IMG/VR virus record: IMGVR_UViG_2904150443_000004
Location: 82,368-146,367 of that record
Reading direction: 5' to 3' (one strand)
DNA from: a virus
Taxonomy: Duplodnaviria > Caudoviricetes
DNA: 64,000 nucleotides
Shown here: piece by piece, positions 44,826 through 55,268 of the stretch
Position numbering within the stretch: the stretch's first letter is position 1
How the letters are laid out: each line of letters starts with the position of its first letter
The notes under the pieces: generated by a model
Databases searched by the model: none
Told to the model about the DNA's origin: nothing
What the model saw: only the letters and a program-made list of their open reading frames with translations
Translations under genes and position numbers: made by a program

Positions 44826-47800
44826 CATTCCTAAGTATATTTCTTTAAACAATGAAATCATGATTCAAAAAGAAGGTAGATTCCAATTTGAAAAAGACAA
44901 AGAAGCAGCAAAGAGCTACTTTGTAGATCATGTTAATCAAAATACGGTATTTTTCCATGATCTAAAAGAGAAACTTGATTACCTTGTGGAAAATGACTAT
45001 TACGAAAAAGAGTTCCTTGATAAATATACGTTTGAACAGATCAAAGAGGTTTTTAATATCACATACAGTAAGAAGTTCAGATTTTCATCTTACATGAGTG
45101 CGTTTAAGTTCTATAATGATTATGCATTGAAAACGAATGATAAAAGTAAAATACTTGAAAGATATGAAGATAGACTATCTATTATGGCTCTATATTTGGC
45201 AGATGGTGACTTTAATAAGGCCAAGGATTTCATACATATTTTTATTGGTCAGGAGTATCAACCAGCAACGCCAACAACGTTGAATGCAGGGAAGAAGAGA
45301 AGAGGAGAACTTGTTAGTTGCTTCTTACTGGAGTGTAACGATTCACTGAACGATATTTCTAAGACGGTTGATATTGCGATGCAGCTATCAAAAATTGGTG
45401 GAGGCGTATCAATTAACCTGTCCAAGATTCGAGCTAAGGGAGAGGCAATAAAGGATATTGAGAATGCCACCAAAGGCGTTGTCGGTGTCATGAAGTTATT
45501 TGATCATGCCTTTAGATATGCAGATCAGATGGGGCAAAGGCAAGGATCTGGTGCTGTATACTTAAACGTATTTCATCGTGATATTATTGATTTCCTCGAT
45601 ACGAAAAAAATAAATGCAGACGAGGATTTTCGAGTTAAAACATTATCTATTGGAGTCGTCATTCCCGATAAGATGATTGAACTAGCACGAGAAGATAAAG
45701 ACATGTATACATTCTATCCTCATACTGTTTATAAAGAGTACGGATTACATCTTGATGAGATGGATATGTCTATCATGTATGATGCGTTAATCAATAATGA
45801 TAAGGTAAGGAAAGTTAAGATTAATCCACGTAAATTACTTGAACAGATTGCTGTAACACGGTTCGAATCAGGATACCCATATATTATGTTTCAAGATAAT
45901 GTAAACAAAGTTCATGCGCTTGATGAAAAGGTGAAATTCAGTAATCTTTGTGTTACTGGTGATACGAAACTTCTTACTGAAGATGGCTACGTTGAAGCTA
46001 GAGAACTGTACAAGGAAGGTCATGAACTAATAGTAGTAATTGATAATCGAACAATAAATTATGATAAAAATCAAAAAGGTGTAACCAGTATAGATGCAAT
46101 TCCAATGCAATTAACAGCCAAAAATGCAGAAGTGTTTAAACTTGAAACTAAAGAAGGATTTGAGCTCAAGGCCACCAAGTGGCACAAGATGTATGTACAA
46201 AGAGAAGGAGAAATCATCAAGATTCCTTTGAAAGACGTAAAGGAAGGAGATAAAATACTTGTTCAATCTGGGGCAGGTTCTTTCGGGAAAATTCACTATC
46301 CTGAGCTCGCTTATGTTGCTGGATTAATTGCAGGTGATGGATGTTTGACAGAAAATCAAGCTATTATTTATCTATATGGAGAAAAAGGAAGTCTTTCAAA
46401 AATAGTTGAAGATAAAGTAAAATACATAATCGATAAATCTTTAGATAGAAGTATTGAATACAAGCATAATGCTGATTATGCACCAACATTTAATGTTAAT
46501 CTTGAACAGAATAGAAAGACGTTACACAGCGGCCTGTTGCTGAAAATAATGAAAGAGTATGGTATACGTTCTGAAACAAAAACGAAAATTCCAGATTTCG
46601 TTTTTTATGGCGATAAAGAAACACAAGCAGCATATCTTAGTGGTATTTACCAAATGGATGGCACGGTTAACTGTAATGCTAAATATAAAGCAGGAACAAT
46701 TGAACTTGTTCAAACAAATGAAAAATTCCTACAAGAAATTCAAATGATGTTACTCAACATGGGAATTTACAGCACAATCTATTCTGCCCATAAAGAAGGT
46801 AACCGTATTATGCCTGATGGAAATGGAGGAACTAAAGAATATTACTGTAAACAAACATATAAAATCAGTGTACAAGATAGAACATCGAGAGAATTGTTTA
46901 ATGAAATTATTGATTTAAAACCAAACGACAAACAAAAGCTTGTTGACTTTACAGCTACACTGCAACCAGTCTCACGACAACCAAAGCATAACTATCAAGC
47001 TACAGTCACATCAATTGATTTCTATGGTATAGAAGACGTATATGATACAACACAAGAAGATTATCATTCATTGATATTTAACGGGATAGTTACTGGAAAC
47101 TGTTCTGAGATTCTTCAAAAGTCAGAAGTCTCTACCTATGCTGACTACGGTCATGAAGATTTCATAGGTCAAGATATTTCATGTAACTTAGGTTCAATAA
47201 ACATAGCTAATGTAATGGATAATAAATCGATAGAAAAAGCAGTTAAATTGGCTATCGATGCCTTAACTTTTGTGTCTGATTCAACTGATATTAAAAATGC
47301 TCCTGCCGTAAGGAAGGCAAATGAATTAATGCATTCTGTTGGTCTTGGAGCAATGAATTTGCACGGTTTCTTAGCAAAAAACAGAATTCAATACCAAAGT
47401 GAAATTGCACGAGATTTTGCTAATACATTTTTCATGATGGTGAATTACTATTCACTTGTGCGTTCTATGGAAATAGCAAAAGAACGTGGCGAAACGTTCA
47501 ATGGATTTGATAAATCTAAATACGCAACAGGTGAATACTTTGAACAGTATCTAGAAACAGATTTTTCACCAACCACCGATAAAGTAGAACAACTATTCGA
47601 TGGTATATATATTCCTACAATTAACGATTGGAATTGGTTGAAAGAACAGGTTATGAAACATGGATTATATCATGCATATCGCTTGGCAATTGCACCAACA
47701 GGAAGTATTTCGTATGTTCAGTCAAGCACTGCTGGAGTTATGCCAATCACGGAACGCATTGAAGAGCGCACATATGGAAACTCAAAAACATATTATCCAA

Positions 47801-48060
47801 TGCCATTTCTAAACGAAAGTAACTGGTTCTACTATACTGAAGCTTATGACATGAATATGTTTGATGTTGTTGATATGATATCTAGCATTCAAAAGCATGT
47901 CGATCAGGGTATCTCATTTACATTGTTTTTGAAAGATACGATGACAACACGGGATCTAACAAAAATTGATCTATATGCACATCATAAAGGGATTAAAACA
48001 ATCTATTACGCAAGAACAAAGAGAACTAAGCAAGACGAATGTTTGTCCTGTACAGTATAG
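44818..48060 (+). CDS. nrdE: class Ib ribonucleotide reductase alpha subunit with intein
   Basis: QPATPT, SCFL, SNLC|...|CSEI, APTGSISY, C-terminal ECLSCTV. Confidence 0.96.
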   Translation: MSNIPKYISLNNEIMIQKEGRFQFEKDKEAAKSYFVDHVNQNTVFFHDLKEKLDYLVENDYYEKEFLDKYTFEQIKEVFNITYSKKFRFSSYMSAFKFYNDYALKTNDKSKILERYEDRLSIMALYLADGDFNKAKDFIHIFIGQEYQPATPTTLNAGKKRRGELVSCFLLECNDSLNDISKTVDIAMQLSKIGGGVSINLSKIRAKGEAIKDIENATKGVVGVMKLFDHAFRYADQMGQRQGSGAVYLNVFHRDIIDFLDTKKINADEDFRVKTLSIGVVIPDKMIELAREDKDMYTFYPHTVYKEYGLHLDEMDMSIMYDALINNDKVRKVKINPRKLLEQIAVTRFESGYPYIMFQDNVNKVHALDEKVKFSNLCVTGDTKLLTEDGYVEARELYKEGHELIVVIDNRTINYDKNQKGVTSIDAIPMQLTAKNAEVFKLETKEGFELKATKWHKMYVQREGEIIKIPLKDVKEGDKILVQSGAGSFGKIHYPELAYVAGLIAGDGCLTENQAIIYLYGEKGSLSKIVEDKVKYIIDKSLDRSIEYKHNADYAPTFNVNLEQNRKTLHSGLLLKIMKEYGIRSETKTKIPDFVFYGDKETQAAYLSGIYQMDGTVNCNAKYKAGTIELVQTNEKFLQEIQMMLLNMGIYSTIYSAHKEGNRIMPDGNGGTKEYYCKQTYKISVQDRTSRELFNEIIDLKPNDKQKLVDFTATLQPVSRQPKHNYQATVTSIDFYGIEDVYDTTQEDYHSLIFNGIVTGNCSEILQKSEVSTYADYGHEDFIGQDISCNLGSINIANVMDNKSIEKAVKLAIDALTFVSDSTDIKNAPAVRKANELMHSVGLGAMNLHGFLAKNRIQYQSEIARDFANTFFMMVNYYSLVRSMEIAKERGETFNGFDKSKYATGEYFEQYLETDFSPTTDKVEQLFDGIYIPTINDWNWLKEQVMKHGLYHAYRLAIAPTGSISYVQSSTAGVMPITERIEERTYGNSKTYYPMPFLNESNWFYYTEAYDMNMFDVVDMISSIQKHVDQGISFTLFLKDTMTTRDLTKIDLYAHHKGIKTIYYARTKRTKQDECLSCTV
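45949..47100 (+). mobile_element. intein (384 aa) with LAGLIDADG homing endonuclease in NrdE
   Basis: starts CVTGDT, ends IVTGN before the catalytic C(SEI); VAGLIAGDG and LSGIYQMDG blocks. Confidence 0.93.
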
Positions 48061-48075
48061 ATTAGGAGGAATACA

Positions 48076-49032
48076 GTGATTTACGATGCAGCCAATTGGT
48101 CAACAGCCGATGATGATTTCACACAGATGTTTTACGATCAGAACGTTAAACAGTTCTGGTTACCGGAAGAAATAAGTCTCAATGGTGATTTGCTAACTTG
48201 GAAATCAATGTCCCAAGATGAGAAAGATACATACAAAAAAGCCCTAGCAGGACTTACCTTGCTCGATACTGAACAAGGGAATACTGGAATGCCGCAAATA
48301 ATGAACTTTGTAAAAGGTCATCAACGCAAGGCCGTACTAAGCTTCATGGGTATGATGGAGAACGCAGTTCATGCTAAATCTTACTCAAACATTTTTATTA
48401 CACTTGCCTCACAAGAAGAAATTCGTGATTTGTTTGAATGGGTTAAAGAAAATAAACATCTACAGAAAAAAGCAAATATAATCGTAGACTTATATAAGAA
48501 TATTAATGATGATATTTCTCTATATAAAGCAATGGTTGGCTCAGTCTTTCTTGAGAGTTTTCTTTTCTATAGCGGTTTTTATTATCCATTACTGTGCTAT
48601 GGTCAGGGAAGAATGATGCAAAGTGGAGAAATTATAAATTTAATCATTCGAGATGAAGCCATTCATGGTGTTTACATTGGTCTCCTAGCGCAAGAACTAT
48701 TGAATAAACAAGATGAAGAGAAAAAAGAAGAACTTAAAAAGTGGACATATAATCTTCTTGTTAGACTGTATGAAAATGAAATTGATTATACAGCAGAGGT
48801 TTATGGACAGGTTGGGTTAGATCATGATGTTAAGAAGTTTGTGCGATACAATGCAAATAAGGCTCTTCAGAATTTAGGTTTAGAAACATACTTTGAGGAA
48901 GAAGAAATTAATCCAGTTGTACTAAATGGGTTAAATACAAAAACAAAATCTTTTGATTTCTTTAGTATGAAGGGGAACTCGTATCAGAAAGCGACAATTG
49001 AACCAATTAAAGATGAAGATTTCTATTTTTAA
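48076..49032 (+). CDS. nrdF: class Ib ribonucleotide reductase beta subunit
   Basis: FWLPEE, GLTLLD, VHAKSY, RDEAIHG. Confidence 0.96.
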   Translation: MIYDAANWSTADDDFTQMFYDQNVKQFWLPEEISLNGDLLTWKSMSQDEKDTYKKALAGLTLLDTEQGNTGMPQIMNFVKGHQRKAVLSFMGMMENAVHAKSYSNIFITLASQEEIRDLFEWVKENKHLQKKANIIVDLYKNINDDISLYKAMVGSVFLESFLFYSGFYYPLLCYGQGRMMQSGEIINLIIRDEAIHGVYIGLLAQELLNKQDEEKKEELKKWTYNLLVRLYENEIDYTAEVYGQVGLDHDVKKFVRYNANKALQNLGLETYFEEEEINPVVLNGLNTKTKSFDFFSMKGNSYQKATIEPIKDEDFYF

Positions 49033-49064
49033 TAACTAAAATACTGCATATGGAGTGATTAATA

Positions 49065-49568
49065 TTGAATATTATGACCCAATTTGATAAGGTTAGAGAG
49101 TTTCAAAAGGCATTTAATTGCCCTGCGCCAGATCAACCAACATTGCTTAGTGAAGATCAGGTTCTTAATAGAACATCGTGGATCGGTGAAGAGATTGTAG
49201 AAATATTATTTGAGCACTCAAACAATGATGCTGAATTTGAACGTTTTTATGATTATTTGATGGATAAAATGTTTGATACATTTATGCGTCAGAAAACAGA
49301 AAAAACTCGTTCAAAAAACAAACTGATGGGAATTTGCGATGGATTTATCGATATCCTCTATTTCGCTAACGGGGGGATGGTTGAGGCTGGTGTAGATCCT
49401 AATCCTCTATTCGATATCGTCCATAAAGCTAATATGGCTAAACTGTGGGAAGACGGGAAGCCTAAATACAATGATGTCGGTAAGGTTATTAAGCCCCCAC
49501 ATTGGGTTGCGCCAGATGGGGTTCTAGAACAGGAAATTGAGCGTCAAATTAAAGCTGCTGCACAATAG
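49065..49568 (+). CDS. MazG-like/PRA-PH nucleotide pyrophosphohydrolase
   Basis: VREFQKAF, EE..E, D...D.LY, VHKANMAK, GKVIKP. Confidence 0.75.
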   Translation: MNIMTQFDKVREFQKAFNCPAPDQPTLLSEDQVLNRTSWIGEEIVEILFEHSNNDAEFERFYDYLMDKMFDTFMRQKTEKTRSKNKLMGICDGFIDILYFANGGMVEAGVDPNPLFDIVHKANMAKLWEDGKPKYNDVGKVIKPPHWVAPDGVLEQEIERQIKAAAQ

Positions 49569-49581
49569 CAATTGGTTCAGA

Positions 49582-49612
49582 GGGGAGGGATCAATCCTCC
49601 CTTTATTTCTTT
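49582..49612 (+). terminator. intrinsic terminator
   Basis: GGGAGG/CCTCCC stem followed by a T-rich tract. Confidence 0.55.
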
Positions 49613-49636
49613 CATACGTAAAGGAGACTAATAAAA

Positions 49637-50326
49637 ATGGAAAATATCAAACATGTTTTAGATAAGGGATATGTACGTCTTGTTGATGTAATGGGGAGTG
49701 ATCTTTCTGTCGTAAATGCTGCTAGAGTGTCTTATGACAAAGAGTCGAAGGAGTTAACAGATCGAGACAGAAAACTAATCAAATTCCTTGCTCGTGAAGG
49801 CCACACGTCACCGTTTCGTCATGCGTTTATACAATTTGAGATCTATGCACCACTTATGGTTGCTAGACAGTGGTGGAAATATATCGTAGGTTCTGACCAC
49901 ACAATGGACGCTTGGAATGAGTCCAGTAGACGGTATATTACTGAAGATCCGGCTTTTTATATTCCATCAGCAGAGCAATGGAGAGCAGCACCTATGAATT
50001 CAAAACAGGGGAGTGGTGAGCCAATAGCCACTTCAAAAGGAGAGAAATTCACCTATTTCCTTAACAATTACATTGAACAAGGTGAGATTCTTTATAATCA
50101 AGCATTGGAAGCTGGAGTATGTGCTGAACAGGCCAGACTTTTCCTCCCTGCGTATGGTATGTATGTACGTTGGTACTGGTCTACTTCATTGCAATCAGTT
50201 TGCCATTTTCTAAACCAACGATTGGAGCATGATGCCCAAAAAGAAATTCAGGAATATGCTAACGCTGTTCTAGAATTCATTAAAGAACATTTTCCTGTAA
50301 GCAGTGAAGAGATTTGTGTAAAATAA
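49637..50326 (+). CDS. thyX: flavin-dependent thymidylate synthase
   Basis: AARVSY, HTSPFRH, NESSRRY, ARLFLP, AQKEI. Confidence 0.92.
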   Translation: MENIKHVLDKGYVRLVDVMGSDLSVVNAARVSYDKESKELTDRDRKLIKFLAREGHTSPFRHAFIQFEIYAPLMVARQWWKYIVGSDHTMDAWNESSRRYITEDPAFYIPSAEQWRAAPMNSKQGSGEPIATSKGEKFTYFLNNYIEQGEILYNQALEAGVCAEQARLFLPAYGMYVRWYWSTSLQSVCHFLNQRLEHDAQKEIQEYANAVLEFIKEHFPVSSEEICVK

Positions 50327-50339
50327 TAAAAAAAGTATA

Positions 50340-50368
50340 TTGACGATATGAGAGTGTGGTGCTATGAT
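50340..50368 (+). promoter_or_regulatory. sigmaA-type promoter
   Basis: TTGACG-17-(TGn)TATGAT with upstream A-tract. Confidence 0.65.
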
Positions 50369-50757
50369 TGGGTTATCTTAGGAAATAGGATAATCCAATT
50401 TTTATTTTAAAGAGGAGGGAGAAGGACTTGTATTATTCATTACAGTATGTGACTGACAGTATTTATGAATTGAAAGTGAAAAAGGAAGAGCTAACAAAAT
50501 GGATATCTCAATATGATAAAGGGCTTTCTGAAGCATATCATAGAGTGGAACTAGAAGAGTATGACACACAATCATCTGTTTCATTTGTTAAAGAACTGCA
50601 AGACTTAACAAGAAAACGAAGAAAAGTAAAATTTGAACTGATACAAGTAAACACATTGATTCAAGAGCTAAACAACGCTAAACAAAAATTAGAATCAAAA
50701 GAGTTCAAATATTTTTACAATAATGATAATTATAAAGAATACATATATGATTAGCAG

Positions 50758-51369
50758 GTGGAAAGTATAAATAAAGTATATAAACGATACATAGTAATTA
50801 CGGTATTTATTTTATTATTCATACTATCAATTGCTACACAATCACCATACATGAATCTTGTCTCTGCACCTCTGATGATAACTATAACAGTATTAGCATT
50901 CAAAAATGAGTTACGAGTAATAAACTTCAATAAATTAGTCTTCAATAAGGCGATATATGAAAAAGCATATATAGGAATGCTCTTATCAATTGCAGGTCAA
51001 GGTATATTAAATACGATATCATTTAGCATACTTGGTATTACAACTGAAGCATCAGTTTTAACAACACTACCTGTAATACCTTTGTACACGATATTATTTG
51101 CTCCGGTAGTGGAAGAAGTAATATTTAGATATATCATATTTGGATACATACAAAAACGTTCGAAAAAGTTTTCCTTCATAGCAGCCATTAGTAGCTCAAT
51201 ACTATTTGCGGCAGGACATATGAGCTTAAGTTTGTTTTTTGGTTATTTCTTTGTTGGGCTGGTTCTTTGTTTTTACTACTATAAAACAGAGACATTGTAC
51301 ACTAGCATACTTATACATATCACACTAAACTTCATAGTTCTGTTTTATCAGTCAGCTCACCTTATCTAA
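50758..51369 (+). CDS. CPBP (CAAX/Abi) family intramembrane metalloprotease
   Basis: EEVIFR, FAAGH, IHITLN; multiple TM segments. Confidence 0.85.
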   Translation: MESINKVYKRYIVITVFILLFILSIATQSPYMNLVSAPLMITITVLAFKNELRVINFNKLVFNKAIYEKAYIGMLLSIAGQGILNTISFSILGITTEASVLTTLPVIPLYTILFAPVVEEVIFRYIIFGYIQKRSKKFSFIAAISSSILFAAGHMSLSLFFGYFFVGLVLCFYYYKTETLYTSILIHITLNFIVLFYQSAHLI

Positions 51370-51606
51370 TTTTTATGAGTAGAGGTGAATTCATGGGTTG
51401 GTATAGATTTGTAGATGCAATGGAGAAGTTAGAACAATTGACTAAGGATGGATGGTCATTCAAGTTTTCTAATGAAAAAGTAGAAGTGCTCTATAATACA
51501 TCCCATGTAAGATGGATAAGCAACTCAGATGAACTTACAGCATTTATTGATGATACATATTATTAAAATAACACTTTTATAGTGGAAAAATGAGGGGTGT
51601 AAGAAA

Positions 51607-51990
51607 ATGTTGATAGAAAATATTTTATCTATTAAGACTGGTAGGGAACTGGATGCTATAGCAGCAGAGAAAGTAATGTCATGGAAGAGTGGGGTTGATT
51701 TCGATATTGTAGATGATATGGAATTTGGCGTAGCCAGATATGAACCATTTAGTATGGATGTCAGAACGTTTTCTCCGTCAACAGATATTAGTTCAGCTTG
51801 GGAATTGGTTAACAAACTGAAAGAAACCGATTGGATGCTGTATAAATTAAACCACGAAGAATCTAATGATATGAGAACTATAAATTATAGATGCGTCTTG
51901 TTAAATGTGGTTAATGGGAAATCAATCGAAGTAACAAAAGAAGAAGCTCCAGAAGCAATTTGTAAGGCTACTGTTTTGGCTATGCTATAA
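51607..51990 (+). CDS. phage ABA-sandwich (BC1872-like) protein
   Basis: GRELD, FSPSTDISSAW, APEAICKA. Confidence 0.7.
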   Translation: MLIENILSIKTGRELDAIAAEKVMSWKSGVDFDIVDDMEFGVARYEPFSMDVRTFSPSTDISSAWELVNKLKETDWMLYKLNHEESNDMRTINYRCVLLNVVNGKSIEVTKEEAPEAICKATVLAML

Positions 51991-53659
51991 AAGATGTATT
52001 TTATAATATAAAAATAAGAAAGAGGGTAAATATTTTACGAGTAGAAGTAGTCTGTTCGAGATCGATCAAAATTATAATGGGATAGTAAGTGAAGAATATA
52101 CTAATTCTTGGTGGTTTAGTCCTATTATATGGGATGTGCTCCTTGATAAATATTTGCACAATGAGATTCTAACACCTTATGGCTATAAGAAAAGCTTAAT
52201 TGGACTTGATGGAGATAAGCTACAGCGTCAATTAAATGAAATTATAAATAATTGTAATAATATTTCTGATCGAATCTGTTGGGAGATTTCGATGCAACAA
52301 ATATTCTTTACTAAAGACAAGGATATCGTTGTACGAGGGATTAAAGATTTCCTCGTGAATAATAAAGAGTATCATTTAAACGACGATGGAGTTTCTTGTT
52401 TAGAATATGAGCATATTGCTGAAAGATTTAATCAAATTGCTGACAACATATCAGATATCGATGAGAAAAAATCTCCGTACTTCGTCTTTAAAAATACAAG
52501 TGTGGATGATGGAGTTGAGTATTGGTTTGAACAATATGATGAGGAGACGGAAGAGTATAAAGAAAAATCTTTAAAAGATTGGGATAAGTTAATAGCTGAA
52601 TTTGTAAAGATCGAAGACGGTCAAATAAGCTTTATTAACAACCTTGATTATTTCAAGCAGATCAATAACTAGGGGGATGTGATCAATTCAATGGAAAAAG
52701 GTAGGACTAACAGAGGGTTCACTGTCATTAATTTTACCGATTTATACGATGTAAAATGCTCTCTTCAGAAATCATCATTAGCAACAGAAGATGCGGTTTG
52801 GTTAGGGGTTGACTATGTTGATCCGAAGATATTGGCGAGTAAGACACCTCAAGGTGGAACTGGATGGGTTCCCTACGAAATTCCAGAAGATGTACTTTTA
52901 ACAACAAGAATGCATCTAAATAGAGAACAGGCGAAAGAATTAGTTAGTGCTTTAAATGTGTTTATTGAGACTGGAGACTTGTAGGCCACAATAAAAGCTA
53001 CATTTCATTCTAAAGGAGAGGATAAGTATCAATATGTGGGACAGACTTGAGCAACGTGGTAGATTAGAGTTAGGTTTAAATGATGAATGGTACTTATATG
53101 CTGCTGATCTGAATGAAAGTGATTGTGCTGATTTAATGTTCGCTCGGAAAAATGAGAACATATTCTTAGCAAAAAATACTGTATCATGCAGTGTTACGTA
53201 CTTTGATCTACGTGATTGATTGTGAAATGTGATTTTTATAGGATCATATCACAGATAAGGGAGAATAAGTGATTATGGGGGAAATATCCGAATATTATAT
53301 AGACAAATTAATATTTAACGAACCAAGGAGATGCAAACCTCAAAAAGTTGTATGGACAACAAGTGATGGGGTAGTTCATGAACCTAGAGATATGTCTAAT
53401 AGACATCTAATGAATGTACTTCATGTTTGTGAACGAAGAGAAGGTTATAAAGGTGTTAGATTCTTAAATAATGCCCCAACATATAGAACAATAGTATTAG
53501 AGTTGATCAACAGAGGCGTACTCAGTAATAATTATTTTGATTTAACAATTGAAAACAGATTAAAAATCAGATTGGATTAAGTATTCAAAGCGAGAAATAT
53601 ATAAATATGCTTATCTAAGAAGTATAATTCTAAAATATATATAACAAAGGAGATATTAA

Positions 53660-54955
53660 ATGAAACAAGAATTAGTTAAAGGAATTGAAGAAGTCATTAA
53701 ATCGTACAATAAAAAGCAGAATACAAATCAATATCAGTTTGAAAAGAAAAAACTCTATGCTCACTTAGGTTTATCCTTAGTTCAATTATTGACGAAGTAC
53801 GAGTGCTACATTGCTGGTGGAACTATTACAAGTCTTATGTGTAATCGAGAGATTAATGACATCGATATTTATTTTAGAGATGAAAAATCATTAATCGGCT
53901 TTGTTGAAGAAGTATGGGGTGACGGTTGGGTTATTTCACAAACCGATAAGGCTCTATTAATCAAGTATCAAAAAACAATTGATACCCAATTAATTTACTT
54001 CAAGTATTTTAGTAACCCAGAAGAGATTTTTGAAACATTTGATTTTACAGTTTGTATGGGATGCTTTGACTTTAAGACAGAAGAATTTATCCTACATGAA
54101 GACTTCTTTAAACATAATTCACAGCGGCTGCTAAAGTTCAACCCTAAAACTGCATACCCAATCATTTCTCTCATGCGAACATGGAAATATAAAGAGAAAC
54201 AATATAAGATATCAAAGGCAGAGATGATTCGAATTATTCTGACATGTATGCAACTTAACATCACCTCGCTAACTGAGTTAAAAGAGCAGCTTGGTGGTAT
54301 GTACGGCAATAATTTTGATAAGTTACTTAAAGATGAAGAAGGCAACGAAAAAGAGTTAGACATGAATGAAGTGATTGAATACATATCTGAATTATCTATG
54401 GAAGATAAATACTTTGAAACTCCATCTAATTTAAAACGTGAGTTTGGAAATATGCAGGATTTTCTAGACGATTTAATTAAGTCAGAAGTTGAATACATTG
54501 TCATAAACAAAAATAGTGAAGATGAAGAAATATATCGAATTTATAATGGTAAGCTACACCATTCAGAGAGTAAGCCAAAGATCGGAAAAGAATTAGATCC
54601 AGTTGAATACTTCAAAAACAAAAAATATTATAAATTCGTCAAAAAGAATAAAGAGGGTAAATACTTTAGTTTTTATGATTCAAATTTCGAGTACATTATT
54701 GGAGTTATAGCCATTGCTAAGGAAAATGGATACTATCATACTCCTGCACTGTATTTTAATGAGTTACGAGATATTAATAAGTCGACTTATTCTAGCGAAC
54801 AAGAAAAAGCTCTGCTTGAAGTTACTGTTGACAGTGAAGAGCTTGTTGATGTTGATGGTGATACGATTAAATTTAAAAAGTGTCATGTAGTTCGTGAAGT
54901 TCCCAAAGAGGAGTATGCTTCCTTATTGGGTAAAGAAGACGATGATTGGATTTAA
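53660..54955 (+). CDS. phage nucleotidyltransferase-like protein (polA/CCA-type head)
   Basis: YIAGG....INDIDIYF and FDFTVC motifs. Confidence 0.7.
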   Translation: MKQELVKGIEEVIKSYNKKQNTNQYQFEKKKLYAHLGLSLVQLLTKYECYIAGGTITSLMCNREINDIDIYFRDEKSLIGFVEEVWGDGWVISQTDKALLIKYQKTIDTQLIYFKYFSNPEEIFETFDFTVCMGCFDFKTEEFILHEDFFKHNSQRLLKFNPKTAYPIISLMRTWKYKEKQYKISKAEMIRIILTCMQLNITSLTELKEQLGGMYGNNFDKLLKDEEGNEKELDMNEVIEYISELSMEDKYFETPSNLKREFGNMQDFLDDLIKSEVEYIVINKNSEDEEIYRIYNGKLHHSESKPKIGKELDPVEYFKNKKYYKFVKKNKEGKYFSFYDSNFEYIIGVIAIAKENGYYHTPALYFNELRDINKSTYSSEQEKALLEVTVDSEELVDVDGDTIKFKKCHVVREVPKEEYASLLGKEDDDWI

Positions 54956-55268
54956 GGGGGAATAAAAGGACAATTTCATAGGTATTAATTATTGAAATAT
55001 ACATAAAAGGAATGAGTATATGACTGAATATAAATTGTATCGTTACTCATCTGGTGATGATGAAAAACTCATTATGCAAAGTAGTGACATTGACTTTAGT
55101 ATTATGGTAGCCAAAGAAATGTCTTACGATTTTTACACTTGTCGATTAGAGACTTGGGTTGATGATAAACAGGAATATGGTTTTAGGTACTTTAGTAAAG
55201 GAGAGGAGATTACAGAACAAATTATTGCAGCTATCTTGGCTGAGTATGTGGAATAACATATGAAGTAG

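Larger units (their letters stand above)
2525..54978. repeat. Dispersed 16-bp palindromic junction motif TRAAA-N6-TTTYA (often ATRAAA-N6-TTTYAT)
   Basis: Exact copies start at 2525, 2884, 4006, 5290, 6612, 7163, 11513, 11764, 12882, 14545, 15698, 17193, 18140, 19968, 25818, 28449, 32851, 34646, 36370, 38674, 39431, 39765, 40766, 43532, 44223, 51564, 51988, 52992, 53223, 54963. Copies with 1-2 mismatches start at 6012, 7491, 8224, 12327, 13106, 13358, 13755, 14798, 29345, 42714. Confidence 0.92.

Noticed and set aside
44818-49032. Group I introns in nrdE/nrdF as in SPbeta
   Set aside because: Both reading frames are continuous and of normal length apart from the intein
2525-54978. Junction motif as a CRISPR array, terminators or classical attC sites
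   Set aside because: Spacing is irregular and gene-sized, arms are only 5-6 AT bp (too weak for terminators), there are no GTTRRRY/RYYYAAC boxes or long hairpins, and no cas or intI gene is present
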